Shown one piece after another: positions 37,252 to 49,135 of a stretch of 64,000 nt of DNA. Source of the DNA: Neovahlkampfia damariscottae (taxonomy: Eukaryota). Position 1 is the first letter of the stretch; each line of letters opens with the position of its first letter. The translations under genes were made by a program, and so were the position numbers. Location: NCBI GenBank assembly GCA_016618085.1, contig JABLTG010000013.1:62001-126000 (forward strand). The letters run 5' to 3'. Below the pieces are notes generated by a model that saw only the letters and a list, made by a program, of their open reading frames with translations, was not told where the DNA came from and did not search any database.

Positions 37252-38569
37252 TTATTTAGTTTCATTGAATAATTCTCTTCCAATTAACATTCTTCTAATT
37301 TCACTTGTTCCTGCACCAATTTCGTATAATTTAGCATCTCTTAAAATTCTTTCAACTGGATATTCTTTGGTGTATCCATTTCCACCTAATGTTTGGATTG
37401 CTTGAAGAGCTACTTGTGTTGCTTGTTCTGCTGCGTATAAAATAACACCTGCACAATCTTTTCTAACTGATAAACTATTATGGTCTGGTAATCTTGAGCA
37501 TGCTCTTGCTACACTGTAAACATATGCTCTAGTTGCATTCAATGATGTGTACATGTCCGCTAATTTACCTTGCATTAATTGAAATTCACCAATTGGTTTT
37601 CCAAATTGTTTTCTTTCATGTACATATGGTACTACATTATCTAAACATGCTTGCATTAAACCAAGTGGACCTGCTGATAGGACAACTCTTTCAAAATCTA
37701 ATCCGTTCATTAACACTTTGGCTCCATGTCCAACCCCTGATAAAACATTTTCTTCTGGGACTTCACAGTCTTCGAACACTAATTCACAAGTGTTTGATCC
37801 ACGCATTCCCATTTTATCCAATTTTTGAGCAGTTGAAAATCCTTTGAAATTTTTTTCAACTAAGAAAGCTGTTACTCCTTTACTTGGAGGTCCATTCATA
37901 TCAGTTTTTGCATAAACAATTAAAACATCAGCATCAGGACCCTAATGAAGAAAAGTTGTTAAAAAATTATTTTTCATTTTCAAACGTTAGTTATCCACAT
38001 TTTGTTTCCATTCAAGACCCATCTGTCACCTTTTTTTTCAGCTCTTGTTTTCATAGATCCAACAACATCTGATCCAGCACCTGGTTCTGACATAGCTAAA
38101 GCTCCAATATGTTCTCCAGAAATCAATTTTTCCAAGTATTTATCTTTTTGTTGTTTGTTACCAATTCTTGCTAATCTATCAACACATAAATTACTATGTG
38201 CACCATAACTAAGTGCTATTGAACCTGAACCTCTTGATAATTCTTCAATTGCCAAAACATGTTCCATGACTGACAAACCCATTCCTGAAAAATTCAACAA
38301 AAAAAAAATAAAAAACCTCCATCTTCAACAGGAACTGTCAACCCTAATAAACCAAATTCACCAAATTTTTTCCATAAATGATTTGGAAATTCATTTTTTT
38401 TATCAACTTCAGCAGCTATTGGAGCAATATGTTCTTTAACAAATGCTTCTGTTGTTTCTTGAATTTCTAATTGAGTTTCAGTGAATTCAGATTTGAATAT
38501 ATTTGAATAAGAATAATTTCGTTTTGGTAGATACTTTGAAGTTTGTTTGAAAAGTTGTTTTGTAAACAT
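37252..38569 (-). CDS. IVD: Isovaleryl-CoA dehydrogenase, mitochondrial (multi-exon)
   Basis: [73 protein letters not shown]. Confidence 0.95.
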
Positions 38570-38623
38570 TTTTTTGATTGGTTGAATAAAACAAATGAAT
38601 GAAATATAAATTTAATATTTAAT

Positions 38624-39374
38624 TTATTTTTTTAAAACTGGATAAAAAACACCTTCCACAACTTCAAAATTATTATCTCTATTTTGTGCTTCATGAAAAC
38701 AAGTAACTTCAGTTTGTCCTGGAATTGGATGTCTATATCTAATATTATGTGAATGTAAATATTTTCCTGTGTCAACCTGTTCATTAATAAAGATTAATTT
38801 TAAAAAAATTTACATGTTGAAATTTCAAACTTTTTTTTTGTGTTAATTTTTTTTTTTTTTTTCTTACACTTTTCCTTGATACCAATTCTTTTTTGATTCA
38901 TCATTCAAAAGAATTTTAAAATTATCACCTGTATCACCTTCTTTTCTGAACGCTGAAACTTCTTGTTGTTGACTTAAAGGTGATGTATGTAAATGTGAGT
39001 GTAAATTTTTTCCAGTGTTTGAATGTTCTAAACGTATGATATCTTTATTTTTCAATGGTGTTCCTGGAGGACAATATTTTCCATGTGCTCCTGATTTATT
39101 TTAAAGTTATTTTTGTTGTTACCTTTTACAATCCAATATGAATTGGAATCACCTGATCCTGGGTATCCTGTTACGGATTGTTGTCCACTTCCAGTTCCAT
39201 ATGGAACTTTATGTGAATGAAGTCTTGTATCTGTTTGTCTTTTTTGATTTTGATTAATTTATTAGGTTTTTACCTGTGCTTCAATTTTATAATACTTCCG
39301 CATGTAATTACAATATCCTTTGCCAATGATAATGTTATCAATAGATTAAATATAACAAACAAGAATAATTTCAT
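38624..39374 (-). CDS. SDF2: SDF2-like MIR-domain ER protein (multi-exon)
   Basis: Signal peptide, ITCGSIIKLKH, HSHKVPYGTGSGQQSVTG, IRLEHSNTGKNLHSH..SPLSQQQEVSAF, HPIPGQTEV. Confidence 0.88.
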
Positions 39375-39563
39375 CTTCTCTTCAACTTTGAAAAAAAACC
39401 AAGTGGTTGAAAATTATTGGAGCGGAATTTTAATTTTTTTAAAACAATTTTTTTTCAATTATTTTTATGAATACTTCAAATTTACAGATGAAGTCTGAAA
39501 CCGTCAAATTGGAAAAATTCTATATTTTTATTGGTCAAACAACCTCTGAAAAATTTTGTGCGT

Positions 39564-41630
39564 ATGTCAAACGTGAAAGAGATTTTAGTTAAAGTCAATA
39601 GTTTATTAGCAGATAATAAACAAAAACTTGAAGATTTACAAAAAAAATCATCCGAAGAAGCTTCACAAGAAGGTGAAAATTTATTAAAAACTTGTTATGA
39701 AGGAAGTTTAGATGATTTTATGTTTTTAATTGTTGATAACTCACACGAAGAAGAAGTTAAAAAAGTAGCTGATGAATGGGTCAAATCATTTCCTTTATCA
39801 AAAAAGTAACCATTTTTTGTTTTTAATTTTTTTTTTAAACAGCAAAGTAAAAGGAATTGAAAAAAGAATGAAAACTCATATTGAAAAACAAAAAAAGAAA
39901 CAAACAAAAGTTACAACTTCAAAAAAAAAAGAAGAAGAAATTGTTGATCCTTCAGTAAGGATTCGAACACAAAGAAATAATTCTAACAAATTTTTTTTAG
40001 AAATATTATGAAAATAGAAGTCATAGCATTGTTGAATTACAAAAATCAGGATTTGATACTTATCCACACAAATTTCAAAATGACATGAAAATTCCAGAAT
40101 TCGTAACAAAATATGATAATCTTGAAGCTGCTTCAAAATTAAAAGAAACTGTTTCAATCTCTGGTAGAATTATCCTCAAAAGAGCTCAAGGAAAATCATT
40201 AGTTTTTTACACCATTCAAGGTGATTCAAAAGATTTACAAATTCTTTCAGATGTTAACACTTATGAAGGTTAGTTGAAAAAAAAACAAATTAACAATAAA
40301 TAGGTGGAAAAGAAGAATTTGATAAAATTCATTCACTTTTACATAGAGGAGATGTTATTGGAATCACAGGACATCCAGGAAAAGGAAAACCAACAAAAAC
40401 AAAAGAAAATGGAGAACTTTCAATTATTCCAACCAAAATTACACTTTTAGCACCTTGTCTTCATATGTTACCAACATCACATTATGGCTTTAAAGATCAA
40501 GAAACACGTTACAGACAAAGATATTTAGATTTAATCATGAACAATGAAACAAGAAGAGTATTTTTAGTTAGAAATCAAATCATCAAATATATCAGAAATT
40601 ACTTGGATGGTAATGATTTTATTGAAGTTGAAACACCAATGATGAATATGATCGCAGGAGGAGCTACAGCTAAACCATTTATTACTTATCATAATGATTT
40701 AAAAATGAAATTATTCATGAGAATTGCACCTGAGTTATATTTAAAACAATTAATCATTGGAGGTCTTGATAGAGTTTATGAAATTGGAAAACAATTTAGA
40801 AATGAATCAATTGATTTAACACATAATCCAGAATTTACAACATGTGAATTTTATTGGGCTTATGCTGATTATAATGGTAAAAACAACAAGAAATTTTATT
40901 AAATCTATTTTTAGATTTATTAAAAACAACAGAAGAAATGTTTTCTGGTATGGTAAAAAAAATTACAGGATCATATATACTCAAATACAGACCTGATCCA
41001 AATGATGAAAAAGTTTTAGAAATTGATTTTACACCACCATTTAGAAGAGTTAAAATGATTCCAACATTGAATGAAAAAATGAAAGTTGAAATTCCAGAAG
41101 ATTTAGAATCAGAAGACGCTAGATTATTTTTATTAGAATTAGTTAAAAAACATAATGTTAAATGTAATCCACCTCAAACAACAGCTAGACTTTTAGATAA
41201 ATTAGTTGGTGAATTTATTGAACCTGATTGTATCAATCCAACATTCATTATGGAACATCCAAAAATTATGTCACCTTTGGCAAAATGGCATAGATCAAAT
41301 TCAAATTTAACAGAAAGATTTGAATTGATGGTTGCAGGAACTGAAATTTGTAATGCTTATACTGAGTTAAATTCACCTTATGTTCAACGTGAAAGATTTA
41401 TGGATCAAATGAAAGATAAAGAACAAGGTGATGATGAAGCTCAACAAATGGATGAAGGTTTTTGTACTGCTTTAGAATATGGTTTACCACCAACTGCTGG
41501 TTGGGGTTGTGGAATTGATAGAATGACAATGTTCTTATCAAATAAATATAATATCAAAGAAGTTATTTTATTCCCAGCAATGAAACCGGATGAAATTCCA
41601 GTTGAAGAAAAAAAAGAAGAACAAAAATAA
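39564..41630 (+). CDS. KARS: Lysyl-tRNA synthetase class II (multi-exon)
   Basis: [57 protein letters not shown]. Confidence 0.97.
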
Positions 41631-41813
41631 AATATTTTAAATCTCTTTCAAAAATTTAGTTTTTTTTTTTTTTTGTCGAACTTCATTGGGAGTTGGTTGA
41701 CTCTGTGGTGATGAGAAACTGAAATGGAGAGAATTTATCTACCTCAGGGTTCTTATTGTTCTTATGAGAAACTAAAGAAATAGAACTGACTTTGAGAAAT
41801 AGCAACAAATAAT

Positions 41814-42338
41814 TTATTTTTTTTCATCTTTTTCCATTTTTTCTTTTGCTGCGTCTATCATGATGTTCATAAGTGTAACATATGTATCAGTCCAAATTTG
41901 TTTGATTTCATCATTCCATGCATCTCCAGAATGTTTTTCCAAAGTGTATAAAAGAGCATTTGCAACATCCATATATTGTTCTGAAAAAGTCAATAAAAAC
42001 ATGAAATGAGTGATTTACCTTTGGTAAAGACACCATAATTTACGTGTCTTTTTCCAAGTTTGACAACTTGATCCATTACTTTGTCAAGATCTTCTGCTGA
42101 TTTCACAATCATATCCAAAACTTTTGTGAGTTTACGTCCTTGAGTTCGAACTGTGACATTTTTGAACATTCCTTCTCTGTATGCTGGGAAATGTGTTAAA
42201 AAAAGGATTAGTCTTACAAGGTGTTGTTGTCCAGAGTTTGTCGTAGAATGTATCAGCAAATTGATCTAAAGGTTCAACGTCATCTTTTACAGGAAGGTCG
42301 CAAATTACTTGCCATGATGCTTTGAGTTGTTCTGCCAT
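41814..42338 (-). CDS. Single-domain globin (two introns)
   Basis: LKASWQ, FADTFYDKL, QGRKL, LGKRHVNYGV (proximal His), VANALLYTL, WNDEIKQIW. Confidence 0.85.
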
Positions 42339-43581
42339 TTTTATTTGTGTTTTTTTTGTTTTTTTTTTTTGTTTTAAATCTTCAGAAAATGGTCTGTTTT
42401 TATTGGTCAATTCATTTCCAAAATTGGAAATGTTGCAATTCATTCGTCCATTCCAATTGCCCATTTTCAGCTAAACTAAAAGTTTTGGAAGGTCAAAAAT
42501 CCAGAACCGGATAATTTTGAATCCAGGTCGTTGTTCATTCGTCTGTTCAATGTTTTTCAACGGATAATTTTTCTTACAAAACGAACAGTGAAGACCTCTT
42601 GAGTTGAAGTGGCTTACGACATTTCTATTTATTCTTTTAGTCTGTCGAACCACCAAATGACAGATAATACCTTCATTGAAACCTTGACAAGCTGTTCGAA
42701 ACATCTATGGTGAAATTGATAAAATGGAGCGATGAGTCCATCAATTTGGTTTTCCATATCTTTTTTCCTAAAGGTTTCTTTTCTTTTGGTTTCTAAAAAA
42801 TCGTTAACTTGGTTTGTGGATAACCAAAAAATGCTAGTTTTCTGTTTCGATTTTTGTCTTTTTTCTTGAGATTCATATTTTCATCATAAGTACTTTGGTT
42901 GGGCTTGTAACTCAAACATAAGTCAAGTCTTGAGTCTGTTTTTTGCATCAACTTCTTATTTACTGAATTACGGAACTGTTTTCTTTGTTTGGTTTTTTGA
43001 GCTGTACTGAAAATTCGTTGTATTAGGTATGGATGAGTACTATCAGAATTTGTTTTGTTGTTGAATGAAAAGTCACTTGTGACTTTGTAGATTTATTCTT
43101 ACTTTTCTTTCTCATTCGATATTTTTTTGTTTGGAGACATTTGTAATTGTTTCACGTTGTTTTGAAGGAACCATTCTTCAACTACAAATCTGTTCATTTC
43201 CTGTCTGATGCAACAAGTATTGAAAAATTGACCAAAAAAAACTAAAATGCCGTGTGATTGGTGTGAGAAAAGAAAAAAAAACAAAATGTGTTTTTGGACT
43301 TGGTGAATTTTTCAAATGGGGCAAAGGAGAACCTGTTTGTGATATAATGAAGAAAAAGATACAAAAAATTAGAAAGACAAAAGAAAAAAGAGGAAAAGCT
43401 TAAATTAGAAAAATCGAAAATCAATGAAAAAATGAACGAAAAGACAATCAAACAAGAAAACAAAAGAAAACAAGATTTAAAAGAAGAACTAGAATCCAAA
43501 AAGGTAAAAAATAAAGTGTTTCATCCAAAATAATGACTTGTATTTGATTGCAAGACTCAGTGATTTGTATAATGATTCAAA

Positions 43582-44096
43582 CTAAAATTTATTGCTTGGA
43601 TCATCATCAACCCAATTTCTTTTTGCAAATTCATGTACAAAACTTTGCATTTTTTCATCTCTGGTATCAATAATTTTTTTCATTTCATGAAATATTTTCA
43701 AGATTTCCCTTCTTTGATTTTTTTCAACAAAACAATAAAGTAAGTTGTTCAAATTTTGAATTTCAAGTAGTCTTGACTCTTCTTCATTTATGATATTTTT
43801 GAACCTTTCATTAAGTACAATCAATTCATTTTCGAATTCAAGTATGTTTTTATTCATTTTGTCAAAAAGGTCAGGTATTTCTGTTCTGTTTGGATTTTCA
43901 TTGTATTCTTTATGAAGGAAATTAAAACAATCAATGCAGAAGAAATGATGACAATCAGGACAAAGGTACACAGATCTTCCTTCAAAACAACAATCTAAGT
44001 TCAGAATGACTAAACATCTAACTTACTACATAAATTTTCATCATTTTGAATATCATTTGGGTACAAATGACATCTATGGCTGTTTTCTTCTTCCAT
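43582..44096 (-). CDS. Cys/His zinc-finger (B-box-like) + coiled-coil protein
   Basis: ATG 44096, GTAAG intron, YLCPDCHHFFCIDC..LH followed by a heptad-rich region. Confidence 0.5.
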
Positions 44097-44279
44097 TGTC
44101 CAATTTGATTCTCTAAATTTGTCAAGATCTATTGTTCTTTACCAATGATGGTGGTTTGATCCAGAAAATTCGATCAAATTGGAATATTTTTTCCACAAAA
44201 CTTTTGGACTTATTTCAGATTTTCCGAAAAACTCCTATTGGTTAATAAAATAAACAGCTTGGAATACAGTTCTACAGAG

Positions 44280-44666
44280 ATGTCTGAATTTAAATTGAGG
44301 ATAAGAAACGTATTAGATACAATCACTTTAAGTGAATCACAACAAATTGTCATAAATGTGAAACAATCACTCCAAAAAGAAGCACAGCAACATGTCATGG
44401 AAAGACTTCAAAAACGACAGGAGCAAGAATTGAACCAAGACGATTTCTTTGTAGAAATAAGAATGAATAAAGATAAAAGAACTCAAAAAGATTCTTCAAA
44501 TTCGAATTCACCAGAGCTATGTGTCCAACAAAAAAGAAGTGGTTCTTCTGTTCATAAAATCTCACCAAAGTTCAGACTAGAGGAAAGAAGAAATTCTGTA
44601 TCTCATTTATTCGCTCAAAATAAAGAATATCAGGAATATAAATTAAAATTCGGAAATAAAAACTAA
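44280..44666 (+). CDS. Orphan tandem family, copy 1
   Basis: Shares FK..L..VL...TL, RTQKD and RRNSVSHLFAQNKEYQEYK with copies 2 and 3. Confidence 0.7.
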   Translation: MSEFKLRIRNVLDTITLSESQQIVINVKQSLQKEAQQHVMERLQKRQEQELNQDDFFVEIRMNKDKRTQKDSSNSNSPELCVQQKRSGSSVHKISPKFRLEERRNSVSHLFAQNKEYQEYKLKFGNKN

Positions 44667-44944
44667 TTTGAAAAGATGTCAATCAAAGAATCATCAATGT
44701 GGAAAAAAAATGAGTCATTTTGGACAATGAATGATTTTGGAAGAAATTTTGTTCTCATTTGTTTTTTTAATCCTCTTATTGCTTTTCTTGATCAAGTTAC
44801 TGAGTAATTATAACTTTAAAGAACAAGGTTCATTCATGTTTCTCCAATTCTGTTTCAGAAAAATCCAAAAATGGAAAAAAACTTTGCCAAATATTAAACA
44901 AATCTTTGCTTTTTGAGTTTTTCAAAAAGGTATTACAGGACAGT

Positions 44945-45328
44945 ATGAAGACATGTTCAAAATTCAAAGCCACTTTAAAAGAAGTTTTGGACATGTACAC
45001 CTTAGATGAGGAACTAAGACTTGTGAAAAATAGAAGAAACAAAAAAAATGTAGAAAAAGACTGTAAAAAAAATACAAACAAATCTGCTCAAAAAAGTGCC
45101 AATTTTGACTTTTTCATTGATGCTAAACAGAAGAACGGCAGACGAACGAAAAGTCAAATTTCAAATTTGGAATTTAATCATCAATTTGATAACAAAAGAT
45201 ATAGTGATTCATTGATGTATAAAATGGCGCCAAAGAATAAATTTAAAGAAAAAAGACATTCAATATCTCATTTATTCACCGAAGGAACTGTAGAATATCA
45301 AAAATACAAACAAAAACAATATCATTGA
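44945..45328 (+). CDS. Orphan tandem family, copy 2
   Basis: FKATLKEVLDMYTL, RRTKS, KRHSISHLF..EYQKYK. Confidence 0.65.
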   Translation: MKTCSKFKATLKEVLDMYTLDEELRLVKNRRNKKNVEKDCKKNTNKSAQKSANFDFFIDAKQKNGRRTKSQISNLEFNHQFDNKRYSDSLMYKMAPKNKFKEKRHSISHLFTEGTVEYQKYKQKQYH

Positions 45329-45633
45329 ATAAATGAACATTTCAGATTTACCTCATCAGTCAGATTTTGTTGCAAACTCTCATTTTTAACCTTTTCAACT
45401 GTTTTTTACATCTTTTCTGCCCTGCAGATAGAAATTTTCATGAGCAAACAAAATTTCTCTGAATATTGAACTTGGTGCATGTTCTCAATTATTCTGCGAA
45501 TTTTTTGTCAGAAATCACAGTAGAACTGTTCCGCTGAATTGCAGAAAAAGGTAAAAAAATTCTAAAAATTACCTACGTTTCCTTTTTAAGACCACTCTGA
45601 GGAATCTGATTTGTCGATTTTTCAACTATTTTT

Positions 45634-46044
45634 ATGAGAAGCAGAAAGGATAGTAATTTTAAAACTAAACTGAATAATGTTTTGAAAATATATACCCTTG
45701 ACACAACTCAGCGCCTCAAAACAAAGAGAAAAGAACAAAAACTGGAACAAGCACAAACATTAAAGCAACTTGCTTCGACCGACATTCTTGAGACTAAACT
45801 ACCAAAGAAAGAGGAGTTATTTAAATGTGAAATAACAAGAACAAAAGACAGACGAACACAAAAAGATACTTCAAACGTTGATTCACCAGAAAATTCTTTT
45901 CAAAGTAAAAACAAACGAAGCGACATATTACAAAGAAATTCACTTTCATCCAAAGAAAACGATAGAAGAAATTCTATTTCTAATTTATTTGCACAAAACA
46001 AAGAGTACCAGGAATACAAACAAAAATTCGGAAATAAAAATTAA
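45634..46044 (+). CDS. Orphan tandem family, copy 3
   Basis: FKTKLNNVLKIYTL, RRTQKD, RRNSISNLFAQNKEYQEYKQKFGNKN. Confidence 0.7.
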   Translation: MRSRKDSNFKTKLNNVLKIYTLDTTQRLKTKRKEQKLEQAQTLKQLASTDILETKLPKKEELFKCEITRTKDRRTQKDTSNVDSPENSFQSKNKRSDILQRNSLSSKENDRRNSISNLFAQNKEYQEYKQKFGNKN

Positions 46045-46083
46045 AATATTTTCATTTCAAGTGCAAAAAAGTCAACTTATCTT

Positions 46084-47904
46084 TTATTTAAAAAACAAAT
46101 CATTATTTTTGATGGAATTAAAGTTGTAAATTTCTTTTTCTTTAAATTCAATTGCATAGGTTGAAAAAATTACTTTTGAATATTGACCTACAAAATTATT
46201 TCCAAAGGTCCCATTTCCTTCAATATAATCAATGATTTCATTCTTAAATTGAACTAATTTTGAATCTAAAGGATGAATGATTTCATCATAACACATTTTT
46301 GAATCTTTCTTTGTCACTTCAACTTTCATCATCATTTGAACAGAAACAGGGACAATATTCAAATGAAAATTGAATGAGTTTTTCATCAATGAATAAATAT
46401 AATAATCATCTTTTTTCAAGTGAATTGGATTGAATGAATGATAGGAATTTTCATAAACATGATTTAAAAGAACACATTTTTCTGTTGATTTGTTTTTGTT
46501 TGTAAGTGTTGCAAATATTTCAGATCGATCCAATATGTTTTGTAATAAAATAACTTCTGAAAATAACTTTGTAATATGATTATTTTGTGATTTAATTTCA
46601 GGAATTGAATTTGAAATGATGTTAAATATTAAAAATAATTGAATTCCTGATTTCATTGTTTGAAATTTAAATTCATCATATTTTTTAATAAAAATGAATT
46701 TTGGAAATAAATTATCATAATTTGATGAAAAATTAAATTCAATTTTTTCATTTTCATTTGTGTTTAATTCAAAATTACCTCCTTCAAAAAATGATGGTAA
46801 AAATATTAATAATGTTCCAATTTGATTATTTTTCATTTTTTGATTGAAATTATTTCCTGGTTTTAACAAAATCAATGATTCTAATTCACCTGAAATTTCT
46901 TCAAAATCTGTGAAATATTGACGACGAATTTGTTCTAAAATTGATGATTTTTTTGAACTATCAACATTTAAACTATTTGTTAACATCTTCATTTTATCAG
47001 GTGAGATCATAAAATGATCATCTTTTTTTTTAAAATTTGATAAAATATCATTTTGTTTATTGAAAGGAATTGAAATAATTTTATCATTAACAGAAACACA
47101 AAGATTTGAATTGATATTCCCATGACAAACATAATCATCTCCATGTTCAATTTTCATCAATTTTTCATCCACTTCAATGTTATTTTCACCAATTGATTCA
47201 AAATTTGAATATATTTTTGAATTTAATAATTTCTTTTTGAATTTTAAATTCAACTTAACATGTTGTTTAAAGTTGTCAAATTCTTTTGAAACTTCTCTTT
47301 TGATCTTTTGAAATCTGACAGCTAAATCAAACATTATTTCATTTTCTTCAAATTCTTTTGTGACTTGTTTCGCTTGTTCTTCTGATAAATTTTCAAAAGA
47401 AGGAAAATCAAGATCAACTACTGCGAAACTACTTTGTCGGTCATAATAAAATTCTTTCATGTCATTAAAAAGACGATAACCAACACATCCAGATTTGAAA
47501 ATACCAAGAAGAAACTGTGCTATTTCTCTGTCATATTCTTGAAATATTTCTTCACTACCACATTTAGGACACGAGTCTGTTGTTTTTTGTCCAAAACCTG
47601 TTCCTTCTGAAGATGGTGATTCAAGATTACATTTTTTACAAAACACTATGTCGTATTTGTTAATGTTTTTTGGTTTTTTTAATTCAATAACTGAAGATTC
47701 ATATGATAATGCTTCTTTTTCGAATTTTTCTTTTTCTTTTTCTGTTAACAAGTTCCACTCTATTAACATGGATTTAAAATAAATTTTGTGATAATTTTCA
47801 TAAAAGAAAAGCATAACTCCTGTCATTTTTTTAGCTAAAGACTGTTCTTCATTTTGCTTTTGTTCTAGATGAGATGTTGTTGATGTGCTTACAGCGCCAA
47901 ACAT
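46084..47904 (-). CDS. HMG-box-like + zinc ribbon + degenerate 2OG-Fe(II) oxygenase-fold protein
   Basis: KKMTGVMLFF...EWNLLTEKEKEKF; CKKC..CPKC; GTLLIFLPSFFEGGNFEL. Confidence 0.5.
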   Translation of the reverse strand: MFGAVSTSTTSHLEQKQNEEQSLAKKMTGVMLFFYENYHKIYFKSMLIEWNLLTEKEKEKFEKEALSYESSVIELKKPKNINKYDIVFCKKCNLESPSSEGTGFGQKTTDSCPKCGSEEIFQEYDREIAQFLLGIFKSGCVGYRLFNDMKEFYYDRQSSFAVVDLDFPSFENLSEEQAKQVTKEFEENEIMFDLAVRFQKIKREVSKEFDNFKQHVKLNLKFKKKLLNSKIYSNFESIGENNIEVDEKLMKIEHGDDYVCHGNINSNLCVSVNDKIISIPFNKQNDILSNFKKKDDHFMISPDKMKMLTNSLNVDSSKKSSILEQIRRQYFTDFEEISGELESLILLKPGNNFNQKMKNNQIGTLLIFLPSFFEGGNFELNTNENEKIEFNFSSNYDNLFPKFIFIKKYDEFKFQTMKSGIQLFLIFNIISNSIPEIKSQNNHITKLFSEVILLQNILDRSEIFATLTNKNKSTEKCVLLNHVYENSYHSFNPIHLKKDDYYIYSLMKNSFNFHLNIVPVSVQMMMKVEVTKKDSKMCYDEIIHPLDSKLVQFKNEIIDYIEGNGTFGNNFVGQYSKVIFSTYAIEFKEKEIYNFNSIKNNDLFFK

Positions 47905-48089
47905 CAAAAGATAATATGATTGGTGGAAATCAGATTCTCTAAATCAACAAGTTACTGTAAAACTATTATTGTAATTCGATTTTGAACAAAAATTCGTCAG
48001 TTTTAAATCGACTTATTACTGACAAAATTGTTTTATTGGTGGAAGAGTAAACCAATCAATTCACTCCTTTGGAACAAAAACAACCAATG

Positions 48090-48510
48090 ATTTTCTTTCA
48101 TTTTCCAGTGAGGTTTTTTTGATTTATGGTTCAAACAACTTTGTTTCAGTTTAATTTCACAAACATCAGAGATTTCCACAAAAAGAGTTGAAAAAAGAAA
48201 AAATTATTTTAGATGTTGACATGAACATTATAAACTCATTTCAAAAAGAACATGGATTAGTTCTAAGAAAATAGATGTACTAAAAATACCGCCTGGATGT
48301 ACTCCAATAGCAACCTGTTGATGTAGGAATAAACAAAACATTAAAATGCTCTCACAGAAACACAAATGTAGCAAGAATCACAGATTTAATTGAAAAAGAT
48401 GGAAAACTTAACAAGATGAAGCAAGCTGAATTCTTAGACAGGGTTTTCAAAGCAACAAATTCAATTTCAAAGGATTTAATTATGAAAAGCTGGAGTACTT
48501 GTGCATGGTG
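48090..48510 (+). mobile_element. Decayed pogo/Tc5-type (DDE_1) transposase fragment
   Basis: IDVLKIPPGCTPI / frameshift at about 48310 / QPVDVGINKTLK ... ISKDLIMKSWSTC; upstream IILDVD and LWFKQL remnants in shifting frames. Confidence 0.7.
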
Positions 48511-49135
48511 GACCAGATTTGTTAGAATTAACAGAATTAAAAATAGACTAAAAATTTTATTTGAAAACATCCACTTTTTGTTCACTGACTTAAATTTTCC
48601 TCGACTTACAATAATAGTTTTACAGTAATACACTATGAAAGAAAAGAACTTGAATGATTCATCATTCAATGACACAGTAAATATTAACAACAACAAAGGA
48701 ACTAGTTTTCAAATTTTTTCAATTCAAAATGTAGGAAAAATATTTTCAAATCCAAAATGAAGGAAAAAAAAATAAATTCCTTATTATTTTCCAGGAAATG
48801 AAGATATGGGTTTGGAATCAATTTTATTATGTTTTTGTTGAGGTGAAAATTAAATGAGTTTTGCCTCATCAGGTTGTTTTCTGAGAACAGCATTGAAAAA
48901 TAATCTCTGGAAAATTTCTTTGCCTTGATTTTAACAAATAGTGTTTGAAACCGTTGAAAGATTTAGAGTTCAACTTCTGGTGAACATTATGGAATAACAA
49001 ATAAAATCCATTTCTTTTGTAGATTTTGTTCCTTTCCCGATATATTCAACGAAATGCACCAATAATAATGGACAAGTCAAGAAGAATAAACCTGATTGGA
49101 TAATCAGCTTCGAGAGAAAAATTTAGGAAAGAAAA

